In this document: piece after piece, positions 37,147 to 45,961 of the stretch
How the letters are laid out: every line of letters starts with the position of its first letter
How positions within the stretch are numbered: the stretch's first letter is position 1
Virus record (IMG/VR): IMGVR_UViG_3300036859_000207
Coordinates: 1 to 60,385 of that record
Length of the DNA: 60,385 nucleotides
Source: a virus
Taxonomy: Duplodnaviria; Caudoviricetes
Strand: one strand, 5' to 3'
The notes under the pieces: model-generated
The model's input: the letters and a program-made list of their open reading frames with translations, nothing else
Told to the model about the DNA's origin: nothing
The model's database searches: none
Position numbers and translations under genes: made by a program

Positions 37147-38693
37147 ACGACCCTGGAGGATTCTTCAACGTCGATGTCATCGCGATAGGATCGATAGTCG
37201 TCGCGGTTGTCGGGCTCGACGGGCGGCGGAACGTAAGCGCCGACCATCTCAGCCAGCATTCGCCCCAACAGGCCGCACATATCCACCTGATCGTCCGTCT
37301 TGCCGGCTGGGAACGAATGGACCTCGGCTAGGAAGTCTCCGATCCATGGCGCTTTGCGCGGTAGATAGACCTTGCGCATGCTGGCGCGGCCCTGAAACGA
37401 ACGGCACCGCGTCGGCTTGTCGGCGATAGACACGAATTGCGTGCGTTGAAAGTACACCTTCCGCTCTCGACAGCGCTGCTCGATGAACGGCCCAACACCT
37501 TTGATGATCTGGCCATCCTCTTCGGCCCAATTCATCGTCGGATACTGATTGGCGAGGTCGAGCAACGCTTCAACCCACACGTTGGCCGCGCTCTGTCGGC
37601 GCCACAGGTCCACGAGATAGAGGTTGTCGTCGGGATCGACGCCGGCAACGCCGTGTACCGTGAAGTCGCCGCCCTTGGCGGTAACCGCGTAGTCCGAGGC
37701 GCCGTAATAGGTCAGATGCTTGGGCAGCTCGTCATACCAGCTCCACCATTCGCGCTTGAAGTAGTCGCCCTCTTCAGGCGCCGGCCTTTGCTGGTAGAGC
37801 GCCGACCAATCGCGATCGCCGATGGCGCGCCGAATTTCCCCGAGCCGCTTGAGCGGATACTTGCCAGGCCACAACGCTCGGCGCTCGCCCTCTCGCTCAT
37901 CAACGGCCGGAAGCTCCAGGATGTCCCACTGATCGCCGCCCCGTGCTTGCTCAATCAACAGGCGCCCAGCTAGATCATCCTCATGCCACCGAGTCTGAAT
38001 GACGACGATGGCGCCCTCGAATTTCTTGGCGTCGCCTGCCTCAATATCGCTCAGAAGGTCTTTCCAGAGCCAATCATCCTCCAGCACCTCGCTGGTATCG
38101 ATGTCGCTCTCAAGGCGAGTATAAGCTGTTGAGGTGTACCAGCGCCAAACCCGTTCGCGAATGACCTCGCTGTCAGCCTCTTGCCGATCCTTGAAGGGAT
38201 CATCAATCAGAAAAACGTGAGCGCCGCGCCCCGTGGTGCCTGTACCGACGCCAGCCGCAACGTACATCCCTCGCTGTTGCGTATGCCAGCGGTTGGCAGC
38301 GCTGCTATCCTCCGCCAACCGGACATCGAACAGGGCGCTGTAGGGCGCCGACGCCACAATGTTGCGCACCTCGCGACCGAAGTCGCCAGCGAGATCGCTG
38401 TTGTAGCTAGCAGCTATGATGCTGCGTTCAGGATTGCGGCCGATGAAGTAGGCCGGAAACCGTCTTGACGCCAGTTCAGACTTGCCATGCCGCGGCGGCA
38501 TGAAGATCATGAGGCGCTTCTTCTCGCCCCGCTCGATTGCCTCCAGCGCCCCGGCGATCAGATCATGATGCGGGGCTGGCCGGTACTTCGGGAACGTGTA
38601 TCTAGTGAACCCTATCAGGCTTCCGCGAGCCATTCTGCGGCGCAGCAGTTCCGTTGCTGCGGCCTCGCGCGATATCGGCAAGCTCTGCATCAT
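37143..38693 (-). CDS. terL: Terminase large subunit
   Basis: Walker A MPPRHGKS, Walker B LIDDP, QTRWHEDDL, nuclease DDQVD. Confidence 0.95.
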   Translation of the reverse strand: MMQSLPISREAAATELLRRRMARGSLIGFTRYTFPKYRPAPHHDLIAGALEAIERGEKKRLMIFMPPRHGKSELASRRFPAYFIGRNPERSIIAASYNSDLAGDFGREVRNIVASAPYSALFDVRLAEDSSAANRWHTQQRGMYVAAGVGTGTTGRGAHVFLIDDPFKDRQEADSEVIRERVWRWYTSTAYTRLESDIDTSEVLEDDWLWKDLLSDIEAGDAKKFEGAIVVIQTRWHEDDLAGRLLIEQARGGDQWDILELPAVDEREGERRALWPGKYPLKRLGEIRRAIGDRDWSALYQQRPAPEEGDYFKREWWSWYDELPKHLTYYGASDYAVTAKGGDFTVHGVAGVDPDDNLYLVDLWRRQSAANVWVEALLDLANQYPTMNWAEEDGQIIKGVGPFIEQRCRERKVYFQRTQFVSIADKPTRCRSFQGRASMRKVYLPRKAPWIGDFLAEVHSFPAGKTDDQVDMCGLLGRMLAEMVGAYVPPPVEPDNRDDYRSYRDDIDVEESSRVV

Positions 38694-39081
38694 CCAGTTC
38701 TGTGGCAGTCTTGGTGGTCACGGCCGCTTCCACCTGCTTGACATAGAAGCGTCTGAGTTCGCCGCGCTTTACTTCGGCAGCGATCGCAGCGCTCAACTGC
38801 CCGCGCGCGTCCGCCTTATCTCGCAGCTCTTCCAGTTTTCTCATGTGCTGCTCGATAGTTAGCAGAATTCCGTCGGCCGCCTTATCCTCAACCTTAACGT
38901 GCAGTTCTGCAATCCTTAAGCGCACCTTATCTTGACTAAAGAATTTCGACGCCTGGACGTGGATTGACTGGGCTTTTGCCTTGCTGTTGGGGTTGCCAGC
39001 TTTCCACGCCTCTGTCTGATTGCCGCCGTTCTGCATGTAGGCGGCAACGATGACCTCTTCCTTTGGATCAAGCAGCGGCAT
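38602..39081 (-). CDS. terS: Terminase small subunit
   Basis: GGNQTEAWKA...ASKFF..KVRLRI HTH; directly upstream of TerL. Confidence 0.85.
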   Translation of the reverse strand: MPLLDPKEEVIVAAYMQNGGNQTEAWKAGNPNSKAKAQSIHVQASKFFSQDKVRLRIAELHVKVEDKAADGILLTIEQHMRKLEELRDKADARGQLSAAIAAEVKRGELRRFYVKQVEAAVTTKTATELDDAELADIARGRSNGTAAPQNGSRKPDRVH

Positions 39082-39409
39082 CTGGCGTCGACGCGGGCTT
39101 TCTGGGTCGTCCTGGCTTTTTCGACTGCACGGGCGCGCTTGTCGTTTCAGGGGGGCCTGAAAGCGTGGGGCTCGGCAAGGCTGGCGGAGCTGGCTTGGAG
39201 CCTACCAAAGAGGAAGGAGAGCGGCTAGGATCGCCCGGTAGCTTCGCCCTTAGCGTTGCCTCGTCCCACTCGGGATCGAGTTGCATGGTCTGGCGATGGT
39301 TGATGGGGCCGAAGGTGATGACAAACAAGAACTCGTTGCGGTCGATCCTGACGCGCGTCAGGCCGGCTTCGTTGGCGGCATCTTCGATAATGGAGGCGGT
39401 TAGGCTCAT
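39068..39409 (-). CDS. Hypothetical protein
   Basis: ATGA coupling; KKPGRPRK AT-hook-like end. Confidence 0.55.
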   Translation of the reverse strand: MSLTASIIEDAANEAGLTRVRIDRNEFLFVITFGPINHRQTMQLDPEWDEATLRAKLPGDPSRSPSSLVGSKPAPPALPSPTLSGPPETTSAPVQSKKPGRPRKPASTPDAAA

Positions 39410-39810
39410 CTGATGCCCGCCTTATTGGCGGCTTCAGTCAGCTCCCCATCGCTCGCTCGCCCCAACGCATGGAGATCAAGGACGCGACTAAACTCCTTCT
39501 GCTCCGGCGTTCTATCGTCGGGAGCAAACACAACTCGCTCAGTCGCTGCCCGCACTCTCTCCGATTCGATGCCCTGCCATATTGCGTCCAGGACAATACT
39601 CTCGACGGCTGATGGCGAGGAAAGAGCAATGCGCCGCGCCGCCTGCTCAGCAATCTCCTCTGGGCTAGACGGAAGAGGGCCGCCAATTGGCTCCCACGGC
39701 GCCCGCAAGTAAGCCAGGACGCCTTTTGTGGCGTACTCACGGTCGGCGACACCCAGAGACATGACCAAGCTAACGCCCGACTCAATGTCTTCGTCTGAAA
39801 AGTCATCCAT
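39406..39810 (-). CDS. Hypothetical protein
   Basis: ORF track; coupled. Confidence 0.55.
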   Translation of the reverse strand: MDDFSDEDIESGVSLVMSLGVADREYATKGVLAYLRAPWEPIGGPLPSSPEEIAEQAARRIALSSPSAVESIVLDAIWQGIESERVRAATERVVFAPDDRTPEQKEFSRVLDLHALGRASDGELTEAANKAGIR

Positions 39811-39994
39811 GTTTGCTGGCATCCCCGCTCTTGGGTAGGAACCCGATGGGATCGGGAACCCAGTATATCTCCCTGCCGTCCTTGTCGAGAATGCCGGTCT
39901 TGACAGGCTCCGAAACGTAGGCAACGGGATGAGGCAGCGCTGGCGCTGGTTGCGGCTCAAGGAATTGCTTCGGTCTGGAGGTGTAGGTCGGCAT
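39803..39994 (-). CDS. Small phage protein (TGILDKDGREIY motif)
   Basis: Recurrent phage motif. Confidence 0.6.
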   Translation of the reverse strand: MPTYTSRPKQFLEPQPAPALPHPVAYVSEPVKTGILDKDGREIYWVPDPIGFLPKSGDASKHG

Positions 39995-40113
39995 CAGGCC
40001 ATCATTCCATCACAATCGTTGCGTACTATTTCAGCCTTGTGATTGGCGTCCGAATGTCCCGCGTACAACTGTCAGTCCCCAACGGCCTGAGGTAGCGAAA
40101 GCACTTCGGGCCG

Positions 40114-40362
40114 TCACTGTTTTGGAACGGCAGCCTCGATCTTGTCGAGGAAGGCGTGCGCCAAATCCATGACTGAGTAGCTCTTGCCGTCATTGCCGTT
40201 CAGCACGTAGCCGCCGCCAAGCCCAGCAGGAGGCACGCCGAGCCTTTCAGCGAGCCGCGTCACCTTATTGTTGAAATCCGTCCAGTCGGGGACGAATATT
40301 GTGAAGCCGGCTTCGCCGGAGAAGGAGGACAACACCTGGCCGGTAGGCTGGTCGTCAATCAT
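40114..40362 (-). CDS. Hypothetical protein
   Basis: ATGA coupling with upstream gene. Confidence 0.55.
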   Translation of the reverse strand: MIDDQPTGQVLSSFSGEAGFTIFVPDWTDFNNKVTRLAERLGVPPAGLGGGYVLNGNDGKSYSVMDLAHAFLDKIEAAVPKQ

Positions 40363-40544
40363 TTCGTCACCGTTGGTTGTGCAGGCGTCTTGGATAGGTA
40401 CCCGAACACGGCCGCCAGTGACGTGAGCCCAGCGCCCGCCGCTGAAAGACCAGCCACCCATCCGCCCTGGATCGCCGCTGCCGCCACGGCGCATCCTAGG
40501 CCTGCTGCGGCCAATGTGTAGCCTGTTGTCTCTCTGGAGAGCAT
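40359..40544 (-). CDS. Small two-TM protein, holin candidate
   Basis: Two Ala/Gly-rich hydrophobic helices; first gene of late operon. Confidence 0.45.
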   Translation of the reverse strand: MLSRETTGYTLAAAGLGCAVAAAAIQGGWVAGLSAAGAGLTSLAAVFGYLSKTPAQPTVTK

Positions 40545-40568
40545 GGCGGTCAGTTAGAGTTGTAGAGA

Positions 40569-40584
40569 TGTTTCACGTGAAACA
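40569..40584. promoter_or_regulatory. parS: parS centromere site (perfect consensus)
   Basis: TGTTTCACGTGAAACA; extends to an 18-bp palindrome at 40568-40585; intergenic. Confidence 0.85.
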
Positions 40585-40598
40585 TGATTGCACATCGT

Positions 40599-40817
40599 TC
40601 AGGTGAGGCTCTTCCCACGAAACGGCACCACCTTCAAGCCGTGCTCTATGAGCTGGCGAATTGCGGCCGACCTATTCCTGAACCTGTTCTCGTAGTGATA
40701 GTCGTCGATGGCCTTCACAAGCTCCTTGGGGAGCGTCGCCCACACGCGCTCGCCCGTCGACTCTTGCTCTTGAGCAGGTTCGGAAGGGCGAACGCCATTG
40801 AGGGCCGGATGCGCCAT
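40599..40817 (-). CDS. Ribbon-helix-helix (CopG-like) regulator
   Basis: RVWATLPKELVKAIDDY...NRSAAIRQLIEHGL. Confidence 0.85.
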   Translation of the reverse strand: MAHPALNGVRPSEPAQEQESTGERVWATLPKELVKAIDDYHYENRFRNRSAAIRQLIEHGLKVVPFRGKSLT

Positions 40818-41031
40818 CTCTCAGAACATGATCGGGGGTTTAAGTGCCCACACGGTTGTAGGGGCGATTTCCTGGCACCGTTCCCGATAGGCGCTGCTTG
40901 TGGCATTGGGCGGGCACAGGACGCTTAAGCCACCGTGAGGCACTGGGGTCGTGCAATTGCACGATTGCACCAAATCACTACTGCACTACGCCGTGTCTCT
41001 CATTGTTCGCGACCAAGCGCAAGCGGAATTG

Positions 41032-41655
41032 TTATCTCTTCTTGAGGATTTTTGCTGGTGTGTCGGGAGGGTCACTTGAAATCGACGGCCCAACCGCCTT
41101 TTTTCTTTTCTTCACTACAACAAACGGATTCGGCACTCTGGCTTCCGTATAGCTATCGCCAGTCGGCGGCTCTTGGCCCCCTTCGCATTCAGTGCTTACT
41201 GGCTTTCGAAATACCCTGCCAATTGCCTTAACGAAGCGGTTCCAAGGCCCATCATCTTGTTTGATGGGCTCAAGAAACATCCCGCGCCTATTCCTCCACC
41301 ATACCCCGACAGGAGGTCTGGTTGTCTCTTTGATCAACTCCCAATCCCTGTCCTCCTTCCGAAGCCGCTTGTACTCGACGATGTGATCCACATTTCTTGG
41401 TTCAGAAAACACATCCTCGAGCCCCGCGCCGATGGCCAGCAACATCCGAGCTCGCTGCTCATGATCGTAGTTCTCAGCAAACTTCCTCAACTCCTTGTCA
41501 ATTTTCGCTCTGTCTTGCTCAAGCTTGAACGCTGCATTCTCAACCATGCGCCGCCGACGATCCTGCGTCTTTTGCGACTCCCAATCGCCGCCCCTTTTTT
41601 GTTGGTGCTCGAGCCACCTCTCGCTGTCAGTCTGCCACTTAAATCCTCTTGCCAT
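41032..41655 (-). CDS. Hypothetical protein
   Basis: SD gagg; charged. Confidence 0.6.
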   Translation of the reverse strand: MARGFKWQTDSERWLEHQQKRGGDWESQKTQDRRRRMVENAAFKLEQDRAKIDKELRKFAENYDHEQRARMLLAIGAGLEDVFSEPRNVDHIVEYKRLRKEDRDWELIKETTRPPVGVWWRNRRGMFLEPIKQDDGPWNRFVKAIGRVFRKPVSTECEGGQEPPTGDSYTEARVPNPFVVVKKRKKAVGPSISSDPPDTPAKILKKR

Positions 41656-41659
41656 TGCC

Positions 41660-42220
41660 TCACGCCGCCCTCACCTTCTCGAATGGAACCTCGACGACAT
41701 GCATTGACCCCAGCATGCTCAGAAGCGCCTTGACGCCCTTCTTCGTGACGGCGTCGATCTTGGTGGTTTGAACAACGCCGCCGCCGAGAGATACCTCAAT
41801 GGTCTTTCCGGGCTTCAAGCCTTTGTGCAGATCCACCTCTGTCATGCCCCAATCCGCTCGTGCGACTACCTGGGAGATGAAAACAACGTCTGCAGGACGC
41901 AAGACAAGCGGGCTCCATTGGTCACGGCTGCGGCTAACGATGCCGTGGATTTCTGGGATGCCGGGAATGCCGAGCTTTGGGTTGCCGTTGCGCAGCCTAT
42001 CAAAATCAGCGTCTATGTTTTGGAGACCGGCGAACACGTAACGCGGGAACAGCGCGTACTTGCGCTTGATCGGCTCCTTCTTGCCGGGCTTTTTCTCGTA
42101 GACGATCTCATAGGGTAGCATTGCCGGAAACTCGTTCTGAGTGATCCGGTGCTCGACGCGAAACTCGATACGGGCGATGGGCACCGTACGCAGGACCACC
42201 CAGCTTATCGATCCTGTCAT
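41660..42220 (-). CDS. NusG-family transcription antiterminator
   Basis: WVVLRT...ALFPRYVF NGN domain; KOW-like C-terminus (LLSMLG...VEVPFEKV). Confidence 0.85.
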   Translation of the reverse strand: MTGSISWVVLRTVPIARIEFRVEHRITQNEFPAMLPYEIVYEKKPGKKEPIKRKYALFPRYVFAGLQNIDADFDRLRNGNPKLGIPGIPEIHGIVSRSRDQWSPLVLRPADVVFISQVVARADWGMTEVDLHKGLKPGKTIEVSLGGGVVQTTKIDAVTKKGVKALLSMLGSMHVVEVPFEKVRAA

Positions 42221-42371
42221 AGGAACCCAATGCCTTGTCTCTTCTTCACGCGCACCTTCTTCGACCCACGCCGCCGCTTGATCTGCGTTGCCACGTCGTA
42301 GCGTCTCTCGTCCTTGACGAGCTTGCCGTCCTTGTCGATCCTCATGCCGGGAACGCGGATGCCGGTGAGCT

Positions 42372-42605
42372 TCATTTGAATTGCACGCGGTTGGCTTTTG
42401 GCAGCCCGAGACCGTCACGTGCGATGTCCTCTACATCTGCCATCATCTGGCGCTTCGATAGACCGTCTGGGAACATGCCGTTGTGCTGGGCGTAGGAGCG
42501 GACCTTTTCGAGGGCGACCCGCACGCGTGCATAGGCTTCTGCAAGCTCTGATGCGGACATCACATCGGATAGGGCGTTGCCGGTGGGGCTGTTAGTGACT
42601 TTCAT
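42372..42605 (-). CDS. Hypothetical protein
   Basis: ORF track. Confidence 0.55.
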   Translation of the reverse strand: MKVTNSPTGNALSDVMSASELAEAYARVRVALEKVRSYAQHNGMFPDGLSKRQMMADVEDIARDGLGLPKANRVQFK

Positions 42606-42610
42606 GGGCG

Positions 42611-42847
42611 TTACCCGCAGTCCGTGTCTGCGTCAGGCGTGCATATATTGCTCTGTGTTTCCTTGTACCGCGTCTCCCATGGCAGCGGCATGCCTGCCTT
42701 GTAGTTTCCCGGCATGCACTCGTTCGCCGGCCAAAGTCGGCCAACGCGGACGAGCGTCTCGCATGTGGCTCGGCTCACCGGAACGCGCCTGATGTACGTT
42801 GCCCCTTCGGTTGGCAACAGCATCACGTAGAGCACCATCCATTCCAT
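42611..42847 (-). CDS. Small Cys-containing, possibly secreted protein
   Basis: Hydrophobic N-terminus; four Cys. Confidence 0.55.
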   Translation of the reverse strand: MEWMVLYVMLLPTEGATYIRRVPVSRATCETLVRVGRLWPANECMPGNYKAGMPLPWETRYKETQSNICTPDADTDCG

Positions 42848-42875
42848 TAGCGTTCGTCCCGATCTTCGGCGCGTC

Positions 42876-43301
42876 CTAGCGCTTCAACAACACCACGTCG
42901 TTGGGCTCGGCAGTGCGGGCAGCGATTTGCGTCTCAAGCGCGGCAAGCTCATGCTGCAACGGTGAGGGCTCCAAGTCGCTCAGTCTGTCCAGCAGAACCG
43001 GGCTGTCGAGAAGATGGTCACAAACCGCGACCGGATCGGTGCATTCCGCGATTGCTTCCAACAGCGCGTGCGGAAAATGGATGCTCGGATTCATGGCGCG
43101 GCTGGTGAGATTCGGGAAGCGCGGATCGCCGCGGGCGATCTTGTGATGCAATCGCTCCATCTTACGCTGTTTCGCGACGTAGTGGCTCGGGTCAAGCCAG
43201 TGCTTTTGAGCGCGCTGCTCGGCGGCTTCCAGAGCATCAGCGATACGCTTCAGGCTTGCCGCAATGTCCGCGATTGCTGCTCCGAACGAAGAATTCATCA
43301 T
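42876..43301 (-). CDS. Hypothetical protein (SLKRIADALE motif; scaffold-like C-terminus)
   Basis: TGATG coupling. Confidence 0.6.
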   Translation of the reverse strand: MMNSSFGAAIADIAASLKRIADALEAAEQRAQKHWLDPSHYVAKQRKMERLHHKIARGDPRFPNLTSRAMNPSIHFPHALLEAIAECTDPVAVCDHLLDSPVLLDRLSDLEPSPLQHELAALETQIAARTAEPNDVVLLKR

Positions 43302-43897
43302 CAGTCGTCCTTATCCTGTGGCGGAGCCAACGGCTCGCTTCTCGGCGCCTTGCATGGAGCGGCTTGTATTTCGCAGCGGGTGAACGTCTGCCCCAAGGTC
43401 GTGATGCCGGGCTCCTTGATGGAGGATCGCGAGCACGTGTACGAGACATGGCGGGCGTTATCCAAGTTCATGAACAGTTCGCCGTACCTGAACCGAACAT
43501 CGCCCGCCCACGCGTCGTCGGCAGCTTTCTTGGCTCCGTCCACGGTCAGATGCTGATTGCCAACCACGCGGCGCGTGTCTTGACAATCGCGGCGCTCAGA
43601 GTGCCGATAGTCCCGCAGCTCGTACTCTCGCTCCCTCGGCGGCGCGTAGTATCGCGGCCTCTGGATGTGGTGATGCCTCCATTGATAGGTGCAGCCGTAC
43701 CAGTCGCACACCCTGACTTGGCGCTTGATGGTGTGGCGGACCCAGCGGGTTTCCTCGTTCTGGGCGTCGGCCGGAGGCGTTCCGGATACGACCAGGACGA
43801 TGACGGCTAGGAGAATTCGCAAACCCAGCACAAGTTTGAGAACTTCGCCAGCCGCCAAGCAAGACTTAGTCAAAGCTCTAATACGTAAACCCATCAT
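43301..43897 (-). CDS. Putative secreted/periplasmic Cys-containing protein
   Basis: Signal-like hydrophobic stretch ending PADA; six Cys in mature part. Confidence 0.6.
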   Translation of the reverse strand: MMGLRIRALTKSCLAAGEVLKLVLGLRILLAVIVLVVSGTPPADAQNEETRWVRHTIKRQVRVCDWYGCTYQWRHHHIQRPRYYAPPREREYELRDYRHSERRDCQDTRRVVGNQHLTVDGAKKAADDAWAGDVRFRYGELFMNLDNARHVSYTCSRSSIKEPGITTLGQTFTRCEIQAAPCKAPRSEPLAPPQDKDD

Positions 43898-44115
43898 CAG
43901 TGCCCCCATGACCTGTCTCGAGCCAGCTTGTGGTCTGTCCTGTCCTTGGCCGTGTCGGCTGCCCAGCGCAGCCTTGCCTCGTATTCCAACTGCTCGTTTC
44001 GCTTTCTGGCTACGTCGAGCTGGCGCTGGAGCCATTCGTTGCGCTGGCGCTCTTTTAGGAGCTCGCGGCGCAGTTCGTCGGTGACGGATAGTCGGCGCTT
44101 GGTGGTGGTGCTCAT
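43897..44115 (-). CDS. Coiled-coil hypothetical protein
   Basis: ATGA coupling. Confidence 0.55.
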   Translation of the reverse strand: MSTTTKRRLSVTDELRRELLKERQRNEWLQRQLDVARKRNEQLEYEARLRWAADTAKDRTDHKLARDRSWGH

Positions 44116-44372
44116 TTCATCGATCTCCACCTCGGTTCCAAGCTGTCCATGAATTCCTCCAGCCGGCGAAGCCCGAAGGAATCGCCTTGTCTGATCTCGT
44201 AGGCGGCGCGGGCGAGCTCAAAAATGTCGGCATCTCTCAGCCTGTAGTCATCGGTTCTCTGGGCAAGCCTAGCCTTCAATTGTCCGACCTCGGCTTGCCG
44301 GTAGATGACCAGCTTGTCGGCGTCGGCCAGTTGCTTTTCAAGCTTGGTGAGCTTTGCGTCGGAGAAGCGCAT
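44112..44372 (-). CDS. Coiled-coil hypothetical protein
   Basis: ORF track. Confidence 0.55.
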   Translation of the reverse strand: MRFSDAKLTKLEKQLADADKLVIYRQAEVGQLKARLAQRTDDYRLRDADIFELARAAYEIRQGDSFGLRRLEEFMDSLEPRWRSMK

Positions 44373-44373
44373 T

Positions 44374-44649
44374 TCACGTTTCCTTCAGTGCATTCCACTT
44401 CAAATGGTTGCGTCCATACACGATCCAGAGCGCGATATTCATAGGCAGGAGACCGTAGGCGCCAGCCAGCACGATCCACACGAGCCACAAGAATTGGTTG
44501 ACGAGACCAATGAGCCACGCACTCGGATGCTTGTTGCCGGCAAGCACGGTCATCCAAATCGTGATGGCCGAGAGAAGCCAAGGCAGGTAGCTTACTAACC
44601 ATGCATGCAAATCAGGTCTCAGCACATATCCGAAGAACATCAGGTCCAT
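44374..44649 (-). CDS. Short PnuC-like three-TM membrane protein
   Basis: K...AWLIGLVNQFLW...YGRNHLKW resembles half of PnuC. Confidence 0.6.
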   Translation of the reverse strand: MDLMFFGYVLRPDLHAWLVSYLPWLLSAITIWMTVLAGNKHPSAWLIGLVNQFLWLVWIVLAGAYGLLPMNIALWIVYGRNHLKWNALKET

Positions 44650-44663
44650 TCCTCTAGTCAGTA

Positions 44664-44786
44664 CCCAGCGCTTGGACAGCGGTTGAACGTGGAAGACCCG
44701 CCTCTAACTCTTGATGACCATCCGGAGGGCCCAGCTCAGCAGTAGGGTGACGGATGATCGTCAAGAACAGGGGTCCAAGCGCTGGG
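44664..44786. ncRNA. Candidate structured intergenic RNA (multi-stem)
   Basis: Perfect 14-bp outer IR plus 16-bp inner stem. Confidence 0.5.
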
Positions 44787-44792
44787 ATGGGG

Positions 44793-45023
44793 TTACGTTT
44801 TTGGAGCCGGCGAGAAATCAACGTAATAGCACTCGCCGATCTTGAACTGCTCCACCGCAGACGGATTGTCGATCATGAACTCAGCATTTGCCGTGGGCGT
44901 AGCCTTCTGAAAACGAACATCCTCCGGCAGCGAGCTATCATACTGTGCCGTGAAGCGCAGAAGCTTTGCTGGCCACTCATGCTCAGTGATCGACGTAAGC
45001 CGTAATTTCGCGCGAACAGACAT
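44793..45023 (-). CDS. Conserved small phage protein (VRAK...F.KATP...YYVDF family)
   Basis: SD aggagg; recurrent phage motif. Confidence 0.75.
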   Translation of the reverse strand: MSVRAKLRLTSITEHEWPAKLLRFTAQYDSSLPEDVRFQKATPTANAEFMIDNPSAVEQFKIGECYYVDFSPAPKT

Positions 45024-45033
45024 AGTGTTCCTC

Positions 45034-45801
45034 CTATTTCTTGCAGTTGCCGATCTTCGGATCGCAGGCCTTGGAAACAGGCGCCGGGCCGTCGTCGAAG
45101 ATCGACTGAGGCGCGTTGCCCAGCTCGATGTTGATCCGGCCGACAACGCTGAGCTGATCCGTCTCGATGTTGACGCCGGTCGGAGCGCCGCCCCACTTCA
45201 GCTCTTCCTTGTCGTACTTCGTCCAGACGCCTTCGACGCCAAAGGACACGCTCTTGGCGATCGGGAAGGTGACGCCCATGCCGAGGTCCCATCCCCTCAG
45301 GGCCGGCGAGGACAGATTGCTCTCGGAGAACTTGAGATCGGTCTGACGGTACGCCACGAGTCCGTATGCCTTGGCGCCGCCGTGCCACATCAGGCCGACG
45401 CGGCCACCGCCGTAGAACGTATCGCCGAGCGTGGCGGAGAAGTTGCTGCTCCCCATCGTCACGGAGAATTCCGTGTTCTGCCAGGAGTAGCCGCCGAAGG
45501 TGCCAATGAAGGGAGCCAGAGCATTGCCGCTGGTCAGCGCCATATCGACACCGCCATGGACGCCGCCGACGTAGCCGGTGGCACCGAGGCCATCGAGCGA
45601 GAACGGCACGCCGTCAACCGTCACCTCGGTGTTGGCCATGCTCTTGCCGCCGTGAACGCCGAAATAGACCATGGGTGTCGGGCCATCAGCATGCGCCTTC
45701 CGCGGCGAGAACACCGTCACGAAGATCAGGGCAAGGCAGAACCCGATGACGATCGCCGCCAGGGCGCGTCGGTTCTTCAGGAAGTCAGGCAAGGTAAGCA
45801 T
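45034..45801 (-). CDS. Outer-membrane beta-barrel protein (Omp25/RopB-like)
   Basis: Signal ending AHA; YFGVHGG, GYVGGVHGG; alternating beta strands. Confidence 0.8.
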   Translation of the reverse strand: MLTLPDFLKNRRALAAIVIGFCLALIFVTVFSPRKAHADGPTPMVYFGVHGGKSMANTEVTVDGVPFSLDGLGATGYVGGVHGGVDMALTSGNALAPFIGTFGGYSWQNTEFSVTMGSSNFSATLGDTFYGGGRVGLMWHGGAKAYGLVAYRQTDLKFSESNLSSPALRGWDLGMGVTFPIAKSVSFGVEGVWTKYDKEELKWGGAPTGVNIETDQLSVVGRINIELGNAPQSIFDDGPAPVSKACDPKIGNCKK

Positions 45802-45961
45802 CGTTGCGTCTCCGCTGTGTTGTAAGGACTTGTTCACGCACTGGGGACGCAACGGAAACTCGGAAGGCTTTAGCCAGCGAACGCGACCAAGATCGCGCCC
45901 AGCAGAAATCCCGTGCTCATGAAGAAGCCGGCAATCGACCAGAAGATCGTGGAGACTGGCA

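Noticed and set aside
44664-44786. Hammerhead ribozyme
   Set aside because: No intact CUGANGA plus GAAA core on either strand.
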